Origin: Candidatus Cloacimonadales bacterium
GTDB lineage: Bacteria; Cloacimonadota; Cloacimonadia; Cloacimonadales; JAFGVF01
Reading direction: 5' to 3'
NCBI GenBank assembly: GCA_963667035.1
Contig: OY762964.1
Coordinates: 2,432,001-2,496,000 of the forward strand
Length of the DNA: 64,000 nucleotides
Below, piece after piece: positions 1-10,654 of the stretch (the stretch's first letter is position 1; every line of letters begins with the position of its first letter). A model generated the notes under the pieces. That model worked only from the letters and a program-made list of their open reading frames with translations. It was not told where the DNA came from and made no database searches. A program made the position numbers and the translations under genes.

Positions 1-951
1 GTCAATGGACTTGATGATTACGAATACTACTTCTACTCAAGCTACTTTGCAGGCTTGGCTTATATCTATAAAACTGATGAGATTATCGTTAACAATATTT
101 TTGAAATATATACTTCCGAACCTTATTGGAGACCATTCCCACGCTCACCTATGGTTATGTCGATTACTTATAACGGAGATTACTATTATATCATCAATAA
201 CCATTTGAAAGCATTCGGAGACGGTGTCATCAATTACAATGACCCTTGGGATGAAGAGACAAGGCGATATGATGCTTGTAACTATTTAAAACAGTATATT
301 GAGTCTGCTCTTCCAAATGAGAAAGTCATAGTTCTGGGAGATATGAACGATGTTCTTACGGACAGTTCTCCTAATAATATATTCCAGAACATTATTGATG
401 ATTCGAATAATCTGCAATTCATTGATATGGATATTGCAACAGGGAACTCCTACTACTGGTCGTATCCGGGATATCCTTCTCATATTGACCATATCTTCAT
501 AACAAACGAACTCTTCAATGAGTTTAATTCTGATAACTCATCAATTCAAACAATAAGAATTGGTAATTACATGGCTTATGGATTCTCAACTTATGATAAT
601 TACGTTTCGGATCACTATCCCTTAGCGTTAAAATTATATAATCCTACTGCTATAGAAGAAGATGTTAATTCTGCAAATAATTTTAGTTTAATGAACTACC
701 CAAATCCCTTTAATCCGACCACAACTATCTCATTTGCTCTTAGAGCACAAACCCAAGTAAAGCTAACAGTTTATGATGTAAAGGGCAGGCAAGTAAATAC
801 TCTGATTAATAATAAGATGAACTCGGGAAATCATGACATTGTGTGGAACGGCAGTAACAATAAGAATATGAAAGTAAGTTCCGGTATATATTTCTTAAGA
901 CTTGAGACTGATAAGAATGTGAAAACAATTAAAGCTGTTATGATGAAGTAA
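1..951 (+). CDS. Secreted endonuclease/exonuclease/phosphatase (EEP) family protein with FlgD-Ig/T9SS-like C-terminal sorting domain; 5' end lies outside the window
   Basis: Frame open from base 1; EEP motifs NNHLKA, VLGDMND, HIDHI, SDHYP; C-terminus NYPNPFNPTTTISF...YDVKGRQV...WNG...SSGIYF...KAVMMK. Confidence 0.85.
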   Translation, partial: VNGLDDYEYYFYSSYFAGLAYIYKTDEIIVNNIFEIYTSEPYWRPFPRSPMVMSITYNGDYYYIINNHLKAFGDGVINYNDPWDEETRRYDACNYLKQYIESALPNEKVIVLGDMNDVLTDSSPNNIFQNIIDDSNNLQFIDMDIATGNSYYWSYPGYPSHIDHIFITNELFNEFNSDNSSIQTIRIGNYMAYGFSTYDNYVSDHYPLALKLYNPTAIEEDVNSANNFSLMNYPNPFNPTTTISFALRAQTQVKLTVYDVKGRQVNTLINNKMNSGNHDIVWNGSNNKNMKVSSGIYFLRLETDKNVKTIKAVMMK

Positions 952-979
952 AATAATTACCGGTCTTGTACAAAACATA

Positions 980-1006
980 AAAGGCAGTGAGTAATCAGCT
1001 GCCTTT
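980..1006. terminator. Bidirectional intrinsic terminator between convergent genes
   Basis: AAAGGCAG...CTGCCTTT inverted repeat with A/T flanks. Confidence 0.65.
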
Positions 1007-1023
1007 ATAATTGCGTTTAAGTT

Positions 1024-4000
1024 TTAGAACTTAACTTGTATCCATAAAGCTGTGGAGAAGATTCTAATTGATTCTTCCGACTTATGATTCTTCTCATTTG
1101 AGTACTGCAAGTCAAATCCACCCTTAATATTCTTACTGAAATTATATGATACGGTTGGAGTAAGAGTAAACTTAGTCTTATCCATTACCACAACAGTATT
1201 CTCATTACCTTTATTCTCTTCTTTATCAATATTATAGCTGAAATTCATTGAAGAGGTAAGCTCGTTCTTAAGTCTCATACGTTTGTTCATGAAAGGTAGC
1301 TTCAACCCACGAGCAGCAGTGAATGAATAAGATATTGAGCCATTGATTACATTACTGTTTCTCTCACTCAATGATTTATAAGCACCACGATCTGTTGTAG
1401 TCTTACTATTGGTAAAACCATAGCTGGCGGTAGTGTTAACATTCTTAAGCCAGTTACCATTCCAGTTAATCAAAGGGCTAAGAGATAGTTCTTTAGTTAC
1501 GGTATTAGGTTCATCCCAATCAAAATCTCCCGACTTTTTGACTGAATAGGAATAACTACTTGAGAGTCTTGAGCTTGTTAGGACTCTTTCTATGCCTATC
1601 CATTTCTGGAATTCACTCACATTAACAGAGATATCCGGGAAAGTAACACTTTCTCTTTGTGAGCTACTATTAGCTTCAGTTGTCTCAAATGAGTAAGAGT
1701 ATCCGGTTGAGATATCGATGTTTCTGGTAAGCTCGATTCCTGTGTTAACAGAAATAGTATTCTTATTCTTAATTGAATTTAACGAATCTCTGGCTACTAC
1801 ATCCGGTACACCTAATTGATACATAAACTCAGGACGATTATTTAAGTCACTGTAATCGGTAGAATAATTATTATCAAAAGAAACAACAATGTTCTTTAGC
1901 TTTGATATGTATGTGAAAATATTAGTAGGTTCCGAGCTCTTACTGCTACGTCCTGCTTTGTCTTCTCCACCATTCTTGATGTCATCTTTAGGAGATGGTT
2001 TGGGACTATAGTCATTATCATTGTAGTTCTTTTCAAAACTAGCTAGTTCCTTATCCATTTTTTCCTTAGTGATAGCACCCTTATCAAGCATTGTTTGGAG
2101 TTCTTTTACTCTCTCTTTATACTTTGTATCGTATTTTACGTCCTCAGCATCATTTCCAATCTCTTTAACTTTTGAAGATGCCGATTCCTCATATTTCGTG
2201 TTAATCTCTTTCTCTTTTTTATCTATAACTTTTTCGTCTTTTGAGTCCTCACTCTTCTTAGTGGCTTTTTTGGATGAATTTTCAGAGAACTTCCTTGAAA
2301 GAGATTTTAACATATCGGAATTCTTTAAGGTGAAATTGATACTCGTGTCTCTTTTTACACCACCGGATCTTTCAAAACGATATTCTTCTACGTTATCTGT
2401 AGTATTAGTGTTGAGAAGCCTTCTTGTCTCATTAAAAGAAGCTTGGGGTGATATTGAGAACGAGTATATATTAGGAAAATGATTAGGATTATATGTTACA
2501 TCCAATGTCTGTTTGTATTCTGTTTCTTCACCGACATTGATATCACTAACATACTTTTTATAAACTAAATCACGTTTAGTTGATAGTCTATAAGTTGAAG
2601 TTAAATCAGATAAGATGTCATAATTAACAGTATTAGTCGTATTGATATACTTTGATTTTTTTGAGTTTAATGTTGGTAGAAACTCTTTTTTTGTTGTGTC
2701 AAATGTCCAGCTTTTCGGATCACTAGCTGTAAGAGTAATAGTATTATCTAAAGTTCTTGGTATAACATACCAGTAGTAATTCTTGAAAATCTTGATTCCA
2801 ATCTTTTCTCGAGGAATACTTAAATTATATGTGTAAGTACCATTGTATGCCAAAGTGGTATCAATATTAGTAGGAGTATTTGCTTCTGTGTAAGTAACTC
2901 TCGCTGACAAAGAAGTCGAATCAAGAGTATATTTTGTCCACCACTTAGGCTTACTCGCATTCTTCTGTAATGTTACCTCGGCAGTATATGATTTAGATTT
3001 ATTCTCTTCTTTATCAAGATATATGTCCTCAAGGTCCTTTCTAAGAATATCGGAATTAGCTTTAAACCTGGGTATACCCCATGATTGAGTTCTATTCACT
3101 TGTACAGGTATGTTATAACCCCAATCATAAGGAAGAAACTTATGCAAATAAACCTTACCCGACATATTAAAATTGGTTTGATCTATGTAAGATGTTTGAG
3201 AATTTCTGAGAATTTCTTTTCTAAAGTTATCTGACTTTTGCTCATAGCTGACAGTAAAATCTAGAAAATCGGCAAACTTCGTCCTTAAATCTATGCTGTA
3301 AGCAATACCGACATTAGTATTAGGATCAGCAACTCTTATATCGTTGAAATAGATTTTACCTGTGAAACCGGGATTACCGTTGGGAATCATTACACCCATA
3401 GATAACTCCTGGATAGAAGATAAAGTTGGATTCTTATATCTTATAAATGTATAATCACCCTCTGTTACAAATAAAGTATCAGCATCGTCAGGGCTAGCAT
3501 TCTTCAAACGGGTTAACTTGCTGAAATCCAGACTTATCTCTTTCCATAGACTTCTTTCCATTCTCGGATAATACGCATTAGGTTTAGTTTTATATCTAAT
3601 CTCGTAATAGTTTAGAGAATCAGCACCTGCTCTAAATACCACATAGATAGAGTCATTATAACTTATCTCTTCATCCATCTCCGGATAAATCCAATATCTC
3701 AAGGCATTGTATGATAGCCAGTTAGTAGATTTATTCTCTTTATGTCGAACTAATCCTATATGATTCGGCTGTAGGTTAGTAGCATCTAGTCTCAAAGACT
3801 GTTCAAGGGTTTGAGTACCTTGTTCTACTTTATAAGTTCCCTTAGGAGAAATATAGTGATTGTCCTTCTGATTGTCCGCTACTCCTATTGCAATACTTTC
3901 GTCATTATCGTTAATAGTTACGGTATCCACAACATTATAAACTTCTACATCGTCAGCATTTAAGGTAACATTGTAGATTGGTCTCTCTAAATATTTATTT

Positions 4001-7000
4001 CCTACAACTTCGAACTCGACTAAATTAACTTTAGTTGTTTCATCAACTTCAAACCAGATTCTCACATACTTAATCTTTGAGATATCCGGAGCTGTGATTT
4101 GACCTACAATGTTATTCTCATTTAATGGAATTCGGAAAAGCTTCCATCCGTTATTGTCATTTTCTAAATATTCAGATTGTGTTCTGTCTGTAATATCCTC
4201 AACAACATATTCAAAATAACGGTTTAGTTGGTCCAAAAGACCATTCTCATCCATATCTTCCGTATCAAGAACACCATTTGATTCAGTACCATTCACAGCA
4301 CTATATTCATCTTGATGACCTTGATGACCTTGATCATCTTTAAAATGAGCATTGATGTCATAATCATCGTCTTCATCATCACCCTCAGCATTGTCAGGGA
4401 TTCCGTCTAGTCCTACATCCTCTCTAGCCTCAAGATCTCCATCAAGAGTACCTCCGTTAGCTCCATCTTCTCTATGCAGGATAGGTGTACCATTCTCTCC
4501 GTAAGTATAGAAGTTCTCACTAATATCACCCATATCAATATGCATTCGTACTTGAGATAATGGACTTTGGGCATAATTCTCAGCTTTAAGTAAGACTTGA
4601 ATATATTTCATGTCCGAGAAATCAATCTCGTTACCGATATACCTCATGAGACCACCCCATTGCCTATCAGAAGTAGCGGTAGAATCAGGTACCATCTTGA
4701 TTGCCATGACATTTATCTCATCATTTTCTTCTTCATCAGTAAGTGTTTCAGGGTCATAAACTTGTCCTGCATAAACATTTTCTTGTTTAAACCAGTATGT
4801 TCTTGCCTTATCAATACCCACATCTTGCGGTTCACTAGCAGGGTTCCAAACCTGTCGTGTAACACCTAGAGGAAAAGGTTGCAATACTGATTCCATGTCA
4901 TCAATGTATGCTTCCTTTGCTTTTGTATCATTATTCCCATATATATCAAAGAATGAGAATGCTACTTCTCCACTTAAGCTTATTTCAGATTCGGCAGTTG
5001 TTTTTATTAATGGCAATGCATCAACCATCTTAGTCATAAATTCAGGATTAAATTTTATATCTGCATCAATATCACCTAAGAACATATTGTAGTTTTCATT
5101 ACCTATTTCTGGATGTTCATCGGTGACTTTCTCACTCTTATAAACAAATGTCGTTCCAATATTACCAACATCACCTATAGCTAAATCAGCTCTTAATCCT
5201 GCCATAGTCTTTCTCTCTATTGAGAATCCGGAACGGAATTCATATTCTATCTCTATCTCTGCATTAGGATCTTTAGCTCTTGAGTTCAAGAAAGAGATTT
5301 CACCCATGTCATAATCAACAATATAGTCTACCCCTTCAGAGAGAGTACTTCCGTTCAGCTTAACAGAAACCGAACCTTCAAGAATGTTTATCTGATTAAG
5401 GTTAATCCTTTCTCTACTAATACTACCTTTTACTGACATTTTATAACTAAAATCATCAGAATGTACTGATTCCTGATCCAGCTTGTAGATTAAAGTATCA
5501 CCTAAAGAATAGAATGGTTTTATAAATGGGTAATAAATATACCCGGCAGTTAAATCAATTACTCTATCACTAGAGTCAACTATATCATCATTATTTGTAT
5601 CCAAATCTAAATATTTGATAAGTGTGTCTCTGCTTCCATGGTCAATATCATCAGAGACTCTATAATTCTCAGTCCCATCTTCATTTACTGTATAAACCTT
5701 TAGCTCGAAACCTTCACTTTTGATACCTCTCATTCCCAAATCATAAATATTCTTGGCCATATATGTCCATTTGGAGTATTGGTCATCCGGATCGTCTGTA
5801 TATTTCTGATTTCTAATTCTAATTAACTTGAGATGTAAAGTATCTCCCTCTGCATCATAATTTGAAGGAACTAACTGACCTGAATTATCAATATAAGCAA
5901 TACCTATGGTACAAATCTTATTGATTGACTTGTTAAAAACAATCATTCCTGATTCGTAGTCTACATAATAATCATTATTTTCTTCTGTCTGCTCAGTAAA
6001 AGAGGGATAATACTCTATACCATCTTCATTAACAATAGGATCTCCGGGACGAGTTATTGTTTGATCATTTGTTGCAATACCATCATCTAGATAAACAACT
6101 AAAGTACCGGGTTGCGGTAACAATGAGCCATTAACCTTCCATTTACCATCTTCTGTTTTTATAGCATTATCTGCCCAACCTGACGGAAGACCACTAGCCT
6201 CAACCTCTTCTTGAGTATATAACTCAAACAAACGTTGCATAGGCTCAACAAAATAATGTGTTCTATTAGCATAATTCTTACTGCCAATTATTGAGGATTC
6301 TTGCTGGCTATTACCGGTGTATTTTTGTTTATTTTTTTGCCCTTCTTCTTCACTAAAGATAGCCTGAACAGAAAGATCTCCTACTTTAATCTCTCCTTTT
6401 ACACCAAAAAGGCCTTGAGAAGAAATACTGGTTGAAGCATACTTTGAACCTGATAGTGATAATGAAATGTTACCTGCTTCAACTTTCTGCACTATTTCAT
6501 CATCATCCCCATCATACTCAATATGGATATTGTTAGGATCAAACAAGTTTTCATCAGTATTGGAATTATGCTTAAGGTCTACTGAAATCTTGCTACCAAT
6601 TGTTCCTCTCAGTCTCAAATCTAAATCTTGTTTCATCTCCATATCAAAGTTAGTATTATCTTTTCCTTCATAAACAAGGTTTGTCTCACGTTTAGTACTT
6701 GTACCTGTAATACTTAACTTTTGGCTACCATCAAGATTTAGTCTACCTTGTTCATCACCTAAAATCGATCGCATTCCCTTAGGAATTGCTTCTTTAGGGA
6801 TTTTTATTGTTATCTCAGGTATTATTCCTGTATCTACCTGACGATCCTCTGACAAAATATAATCTATAGAATTAGTTGTAATGTTATCAGTTAGAGTATT
6901 CTGCCATAACTTGTTAAAATAGCTATCAAAACCAACATATAAATCCGGCATTACTTTAATATTACGGTAAGTTGTCTTATATACTACCTTCATTTTATCA

Positions 7001-7215
7001 AAATCGATGTCAATTTGTGTATCAGCTTTTAATAGGTTATTGACGTATGGTTTTTCATAAGAAAAGATAGGTGACTTGGGAATATTGAAATAAGTAACTT
7101 TGTTTCCTGAAACTTTATGGTATCCTGCAAGTCTAATCTCGGGAGGGAAAACATTCGCAACGAGAGTTGCAGATAAAAGGATTAAGACTCCAATTAGAAT
7201 AATCTTTCTATACAT
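1024..7215 (-). CDS. sprA: SprA/Sov-like giant outer-membrane beta-barrel (type IX secretion translocon homologue)
   Basis: 2063 aa; signal peptide; SprA-like segments (LRGTIGSKISV, YDGDDDEIVQKVEAGNISLSL, GLFGVK, LSEGVDYIVDYDMG, AYIDDME, WGGLMR, EDVGLDG, WKLFRIPL); beta-strand-rich C-terminal half ending in Phe. Confidence 0.8.
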   Translation of the reverse strand: MYRKIILIGVLILLSATLVANVFPPEIRLAGYHKVSGNKVTYFNIPKSPIFSYEKPYVNNLLKADTQIDIDFDKMKVVYKTTYRNIKVMPDLYVGFDSYFNKLWQNTLTDNITTNSIDYILSEDRQVDTGIIPEITIKIPKEAIPKGMRSILGDEQGRLNLDGSQKLSITGTSTKRETNLVYEGKDNTNFDMEMKQDLDLRLRGTIGSKISVDLKHNSNTDENLFDPNNIHIEYDGDDDEIVQKVEAGNISLSLSGSKYASTSISSQGLFGVKGEIKVGDLSVQAIFSEEEGQKNKQKYTGNSQQESSIIGSKNYANRTHYFVEPMQRLFELYTQEEVEASGLPSGWADNAIKTEDGKWKVNGSLLPQPGTLVVYLDDGIATNDQTITRPGDPIVNEDGIEYYPSFTEQTEENNDYYVDYESGMIVFNKSINKICTIGIAYIDNSGQLVPSNYDAEGDTLHLKLIRIRNQKYTDDPDDQYSKWTYMAKNIYDLGMRGIKSEGFELKVYTVNEDGTENYRVSDDIDHGSRDTLIKYLDLDTNNDDIVDSSDRVIDLTAGYIYYPFIKPFYSLGDTLIYKLDQESVHSDDFSYKMSVKGSISRERINLNQINILEGSVSVKLNGSTLSEGVDYIVDYDMGEISFLNSRAKDPNAEIEIEYEFRSGFSIERKTMAGLRADLAIGDVGNIGTTFVYKSEKVTDEHPEIGNENYNMFLGDIDADIKFNPEFMTKMVDALPLIKTTAESEISLSGEVAFSFFDIYGNNDTKAKEAYIDDMESVLQPFPLGVTRQVWNPASEPQDVGIDKARTYWFKQENVYAGQVYDPETLTDEEENDEINVMAIKMVPDSTATSDRQWGGLMRYIGNEIDFSDMKYIQVLLKAENYAQSPLSQVRMHIDMGDISENFYTYGENGTPILHREDGANGGTLDGDLEAREDVGLDGIPDNAEGDDEDDDYDINAHFKDDQGHQGHQDEYSAVNGTESNGVLDTEDMDENGLLDQLNRYFEYVVEDITDRTQSEYLENDNNGWKLFRIPLNENNIVGQITAPDISKIKYVRIWFEVDETTKVNLVEFEVVGNKYLERPIYNVTLNADDVEVYNVVDTVTINDNDESIAIGVADNQKDNHYISPKGTYKVEQGTQTLEQSLRLDATNLQPNHIGLVRHKENKSTNWLSYNALRYWIYPEMDEEISYNDSIYVVFRAGADSLNYYEIRYKTKPNAYYPRMERSLWKEISLDFSKLTRLKNASPDDADTLFVTEGDYTFIRYKNPTLSSIQELSMGVMIPNGNPGFTGKIYFNDIRVADPNTNVGIAYSIDLRTKFADFLDFTVSYEQKSDNFRKEILRNSQTSYIDQTNFNMSGKVYLHKFLPYDWGYNIPVQVNRTQSWGIPRFKANSDILRKDLEDIYLDKEENKSKSYTAEVTLQKNASKPKWWTKYTLDSTSLSARVTYTEANTPTNIDTTLAYNGTYTYNLSIPREKIGIKIFKNYYWYVIPRTLDNTITLTASDPKSWTFDTTKKEFLPTLNSKKSKYINTTNTVNYDILSDLTSTYRLSTKRDLVYKKYVSDINVGEETEYKQTLDVTYNPNHFPNIYSFSISPQASFNETRRLLNTNTTDNVEEYRFERSGGVKRDTSINFTLKNSDMLKSLSRKFSENSSKKATKKSEDSKDEKVIDKKEKEINTKYEESASSKVKEIGNDAEDVKYDTKYKERVKELQTMLDKGAITKEKMDKELASFEKNYNDNDYSPKPSPKDDIKNGGEDKAGRSSKSSEPTNIFTYISKLKNIVVSFDNNYSTDYSDLNNRPEFMYQLGVPDVVARDSLNSIKNKNTISVNTGIELTRNIDISTGYSYSFETTEANSSSQRESVTFPDISVNVSEFQKWIGIERVLTSSRLSSSYSYSVKKSGDFDWDEPNTVTKELSLSPLINWNGNWLKNVNTTASYGFTNSKTTTDRGAYKSLSERNSNVINGSISYSFTAARGLKLPFMNKRMRLKNELTSSMNFSYNIDKEENKGNENTVVVMDKTKFTLTPTVSYNFSKNIKGGFDLQYSNEKNHKSEESIRIFSTALWIQVKF

Positions 7216-7249
7216 TTATTGCCTTACTTGTTTATTAATTCAAAAGTGA

Positions 7250-8029
7250 TTAGATTACCTGGCTAATCATATACAAGCCATCAAGTGTCAATTGCTTATC
7301 AACAACATCCAACTCTTCTGACTCTCCAACCAACAGACTGGAGATACCGCCTGTTGCTATGCATTTGATTTCACCCAGATGCTTATATTGCTGTCTGATA
7401 GCTTTAGTGAACCCATCAATCATGAAGATGTGACCCCTAATTATACCTGACAATAAAGCTTCTTTAGTATTTGTGCCCAATAAACGTTCCGGTTGGTCAA
7501 GCTGAATATTAGTAAGAAGTGCTGCTTTTGTAAAAAGCCCATTAGCAGAGCTTCTAATACCCGGAGAAATTGCAGTCCCATGAAAGTGACCGTCTTTATC
7601 TACAAACTGGATTGTTGTTGCTGTTCCTAAATCACAGACAATACAATTCGTTTTGTACTTCTTCCAAGCAGAGTAAGCATTTACTATCAAATCAGCTCCT
7701 ATAAAGGATGGATCAGCTATGCTATAGCTTAATCCTAAAGGCAATATCCCGGTTACGTTAATTAGCGGACAATCAAAATACCGCTGCACTAAATGGGTAA
7801 AAATTCTGGTCAATTCTGGAACGACCGATGACATAGCAACTTTATCGATATATACTTCCTCTTTGATTGTAGTTGAAAAAAAGGTTTGTATTTGGCAGTA
7901 ATATTCATCAGAGGTTTTTTCTCGATCAGAATGAACACGCCAGTTTGCACTTAAAACTCCGTCTAAATAAAATCCCAAGACAACATGCGAGTTGCCAATA
8001 TCTACTACCAGTACTGCACTTTTTTTCAT
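7250..8029 (-). CDS. coaX: Type III pantothenate kinase
   Basis: VDIGNS, SSVVP, GAD, DLGTATT, ATGG motifs. Confidence 0.92.
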   Translation of the reverse strand: MKKSAVLVVDIGNSHVVLGFYLDGVLSANWRVHSDREKTSDEYYCQIQTFFSTTIKEEVYIDKVAMSSVVPELTRIFTHLVQRYFDCPLINVTGILPLGLSYSIADPSFIGADLIVNAYSAWKKYKTNCIVCDLGTATTIQFVDKDGHFHGTAISPGIRSSANGLFTKAALLTNIQLDQPERLLGTNTKEALLSGIIRGHIFMIDGFTKAIRQQYKHLGEIKCIATGGISSLLVGESEELDVVDKQLTLDGLYMISQVI

Positions 8030-8169
8030 TAATCGACTTTCTAAACCTATTATTAATAGTCAAGTAAAGAATTTCATAAGGAAGATGAAATGAGAATTAT
8101 CAAACATATTGATTGTAATTCTAAAGTTATTATGTTACGATTAACTTGGCATAAAGAAAAGTGGTAATT

Positions 8170-9510
8170 CTATTTCTTCAATCCCAGTTCTTTTATCTTT
8201 CTGGATAAATTACTTTGTTGTAATCCTAAGGCATGGGCTGTCTTAGTTATATTCCACTCAAATTTCTTGAGTTGCTCCGAAAGATATCTTTTCTCACAGT
8301 TCATTTTTTTAACTTGATATGATACTGATTCTGTCCAAAACTCATGTTCGGAAGAAAACTCATCAGGATTTATTATTAAATCATTTATGTTTATAACAGG
8401 ACCATCTGTGAATATATATAATCTCTCAATCAGATTTCTTAACTGTCTGACATTACCCGGGAATGTAACTTTTACAAGATTATCAAGTACATCTTGAGAG
8501 ATTTGTTTAATTGGCATATTCATTTCATCAGCAAAGAGTTTAGAGAAGTATTGAGCTAGCACCGGAATATCCTCTACTCTCTCTCGTAATGGAGGAATAA
8601 CTATTGGAACTACGTTTAATCGGTAGTAAAGATCTTCCCTAAAACGTCCTTCTTTAACCATTTCTTCCAGATTCTTATGAGTAGCAGCAACGACTCTTGT
8701 TTCTATTCGTATAGATTTATTGGAGCCTACTCGTTCAAACTCTCCTTCTTGGATAACTCTCAGTATTTTAGCTTGAGCAGATAGATTCATATCTCCTATC
8801 TCATCCAGAAAAAGTGTTCCTTCGTCAGCTTCTTCGATTTTACCTTTTTTACTTCCAACTGCACCAGTGAAAGCTCCTTTCTCATAACCGAAAAGCTCAC
8901 TTTCTACTAGTTCAGCAGGTATAGCGGCACTATTGAATCTAATGAAGTTACCCTTTCTTTTACTTTGTTTATGTATTGCCCAAGCTACCAACTCTTTACC
9001 TGTTCCGCTCTCTCCCCTTATCAAAACTTTAGAATTAGTTGGAGCAACTTTTTCAATCTTGTTTTTAAGCTCTTTTATGGAGTTACTAACTCCAACCATT
9101 CTATATTTGCTCTCAGCATCTTTTTTGAGTTTCCTGATACCTTGAGTTAATCTTAGGATTTTTAGATTACGTTGAAGAGTAAGTCTAACCATAGGAAGTG
9201 ACAAAGGTTTTTCTAAAAAATCAGCAGCTCCTGATTTCAGAGCTTTAACAGCTAAAGGAATATTCCCATGACCAGATATCATTACGACAGGAAATACATA
9301 CCCGCTGTTTCTAATTGTTTCCAGAACGTCTAAACCACTTTTATCGGGTAATTTAACATCAAGAAAGAGCATATCTGGATTGTAAGTTGCTATTTTAGTT
9401 AAACCATCTTTAGCATTTAAAGCTACATCAGCAGAGTAACCCTCTTCTTCAGATATTTCTTTCAAAAGTCTACAGATGTTTCGTTCGTCATCAATTATCA
9501 ATACTTTCAT
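8170..9510 (-). CDS. Sigma-54-dependent response regulator (NtrC/NtrX-like; REC-AAA+-Fis HTH)
   Basis: REC domain; GESGTGKE; ESELFGYEKGAFTGA; FLDEIG; FREDLYYRLNV; C-terminal HTH. Confidence 0.92.
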   Translation of the reverse strand: MKVLIIDDERNICRLLKEISEEEGYSADVALNAKDGLTKIATYNPDMLFLDVKLPDKSGLDVLETIRNSGYVFPVVMISGHGNIPLAVKALKSGAADFLEKPLSLPMVRLTLQRNLKILRLTQGIRKLKKDAESKYRMVGVSNSIKELKNKIEKVAPTNSKVLIRGESGTGKELVAWAIHKQSKRKGNFIRFNSAAIPAELVESELFGYEKGAFTGAVGSKKGKIEEADEGTLFLDEIGDMNLSAQAKILRVIQEGEFERVGSNKSIRIETRVVAATHKNLEEMVKEGRFREDLYYRLNVVPIVIPPLRERVEDIPVLAQYFSKLFADEMNMPIKQISQDVLDNLVKVTFPGNVRQLRNLIERLYIFTDGPVININDLIINPDEFSSEHEFWTESVSYQVKKMNCEKRYLSEQLKKFEWNITKTAHALGLQQSNLSRKIKELGLKK

Positions 9511-10654
9511 CAGACCTCTCCAGAGTAATTATAAACTTTGTTCCTTCTCCGACTGTACTATCAACCCATATATCTCCGGCATTAGCTGTCACAAGTTTTT
9601 TCACAACAGATAAACCCAATCCCGTGCCATTTTGCTTCTTTGTAAAGTATGGGTCAAATATTCTCGGTAAATCTTCTTCGGCAATTCCGGAGCCTTTATC
9701 TTCTATTACCAGTACCACTCTGCCTATCTTACTACTTAATTTTATCTGTACACAACCTTCTTCAGTACACGCATCTAAAGCATTTTGTAGCAAATTAGTA
9801 AATATCTGATAAAAATGATTACGATCAAAGCATATATGGGCATTTACATCCATTTCAGTTGATATCTCGAATCTTCCCTCATAGCCTGCAATAATCTCAT
9901 TTATTTGAACTGCAGGAGCGAATATTACTTTATCAGGTTCCACCGGACGAGCAAAGTCAGAGAAACTCCTGGAAATAGCTAAGAGGTTCTCAATTTCATG
10001 ATTAATTACTTCCAAAGCTGAAGGGAAATAGCTTGTGAAAGCTTCTCTATCGGTAATATACTTCTCCTCTAGTCTTTCCAATGATAGTTTTATAGGTGTT
10101 AGAGGATTCTTTATCTCGTGAGCAAGAATCCTAGACAAATCTTTCCACAATAGTTCTTTCTCTGAGGCTAGGAGTTTCTGTTGAGTTAACTCCAATTCCT
10201 CAGACATTATATTGAAAGATTTCTTTAGGTCTCTTAATTCCGGAATTCCTTTCTCAGAAAGATGGACATTAAAGTTTCCTGCCGATATAAGGTCAGTTGC
10301 TTTTCTTAGTTCATATAAAGGTTTGCTTATAGTATTAACAATAAAAATAAAAGAGCTTATCCCAATTATGAACAGAATTAAAACCCAAACCCAAGAATAA
10401 ATTCTCATGTTTATTAGTGATGTTCTTGATGCTGCTCTGGCTTGAAGGTATTTGTTAAGAATCCTCTCAGCTTTTAAAGAATCATTCACTGTTGAATAAG
10501 AAGCATCGGACAAGAATTCTTCAAGACCTAAGTTTTCATAAGCAATACCAATATCATTTTGACCATTCTGTACAACTTTATTCAGAAGCCAGATACTTCC
10601 TGAGAACAAAATTATGAATATAATTATTAGGTAATATTTTAGTCCTATCTTCAT
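9491..10654 (-). CDS. Membrane sensor histidine kinase (NtrY-like, HAMP domain)
   Basis: Two TM segments, HAMP, LAHEIKNPLTPI, NLLQNA, DKGSG, GTGLGL; overlaps the regulator gene. Confidence 0.9.
   Translation of the reverse strand: MKIGLKYYLIIIFIILFSGSIWLLNKVVQNGQNDIGIAYENLGLEEFLSDASYSTVNDSLKAERILNKYLQARAASRTSLINMRIYSWVWVLILFIIGISSFIFIVNTISKPLYELRKATDLISAGNFNVHLSEKGIPELRDLKKSFNIMSEELELTQQKLLASEKELLWKDLSRILAHEIKNPLTPIKLSLERLEEKYITDREAFTSYFPSALEVINHEIENLLAISRSFSDFARPVEPDKVIFAPAVQINEIIAGYEGRFEISTEMDVNAHICFDRNHFYQIFTNLLQNALDACTEEGCVQIKLSSKIGRVVLVIEDKGSGIAEEDLPRIFDPYFTKKQNGTGLGLSVVKKLVTANAGDIWVDSTVGEGTKFIITLERSDESIDN

Noticed and set aside
2069..2482. Antisense and alternate-frame ORFs (this one, 12398-12817, 17189-17551, 17307-17711, 38389-38772, 46225-46617 and similar)
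   Set aside because: Shadows of well-supported genes, with no independent coding signals.
4311..4337. 9-bp tandem repeat in sprA (QGHQGHQ)
   Set aside because: In-frame, about 3 copies in an acidic loop; cannot cause phase variation.
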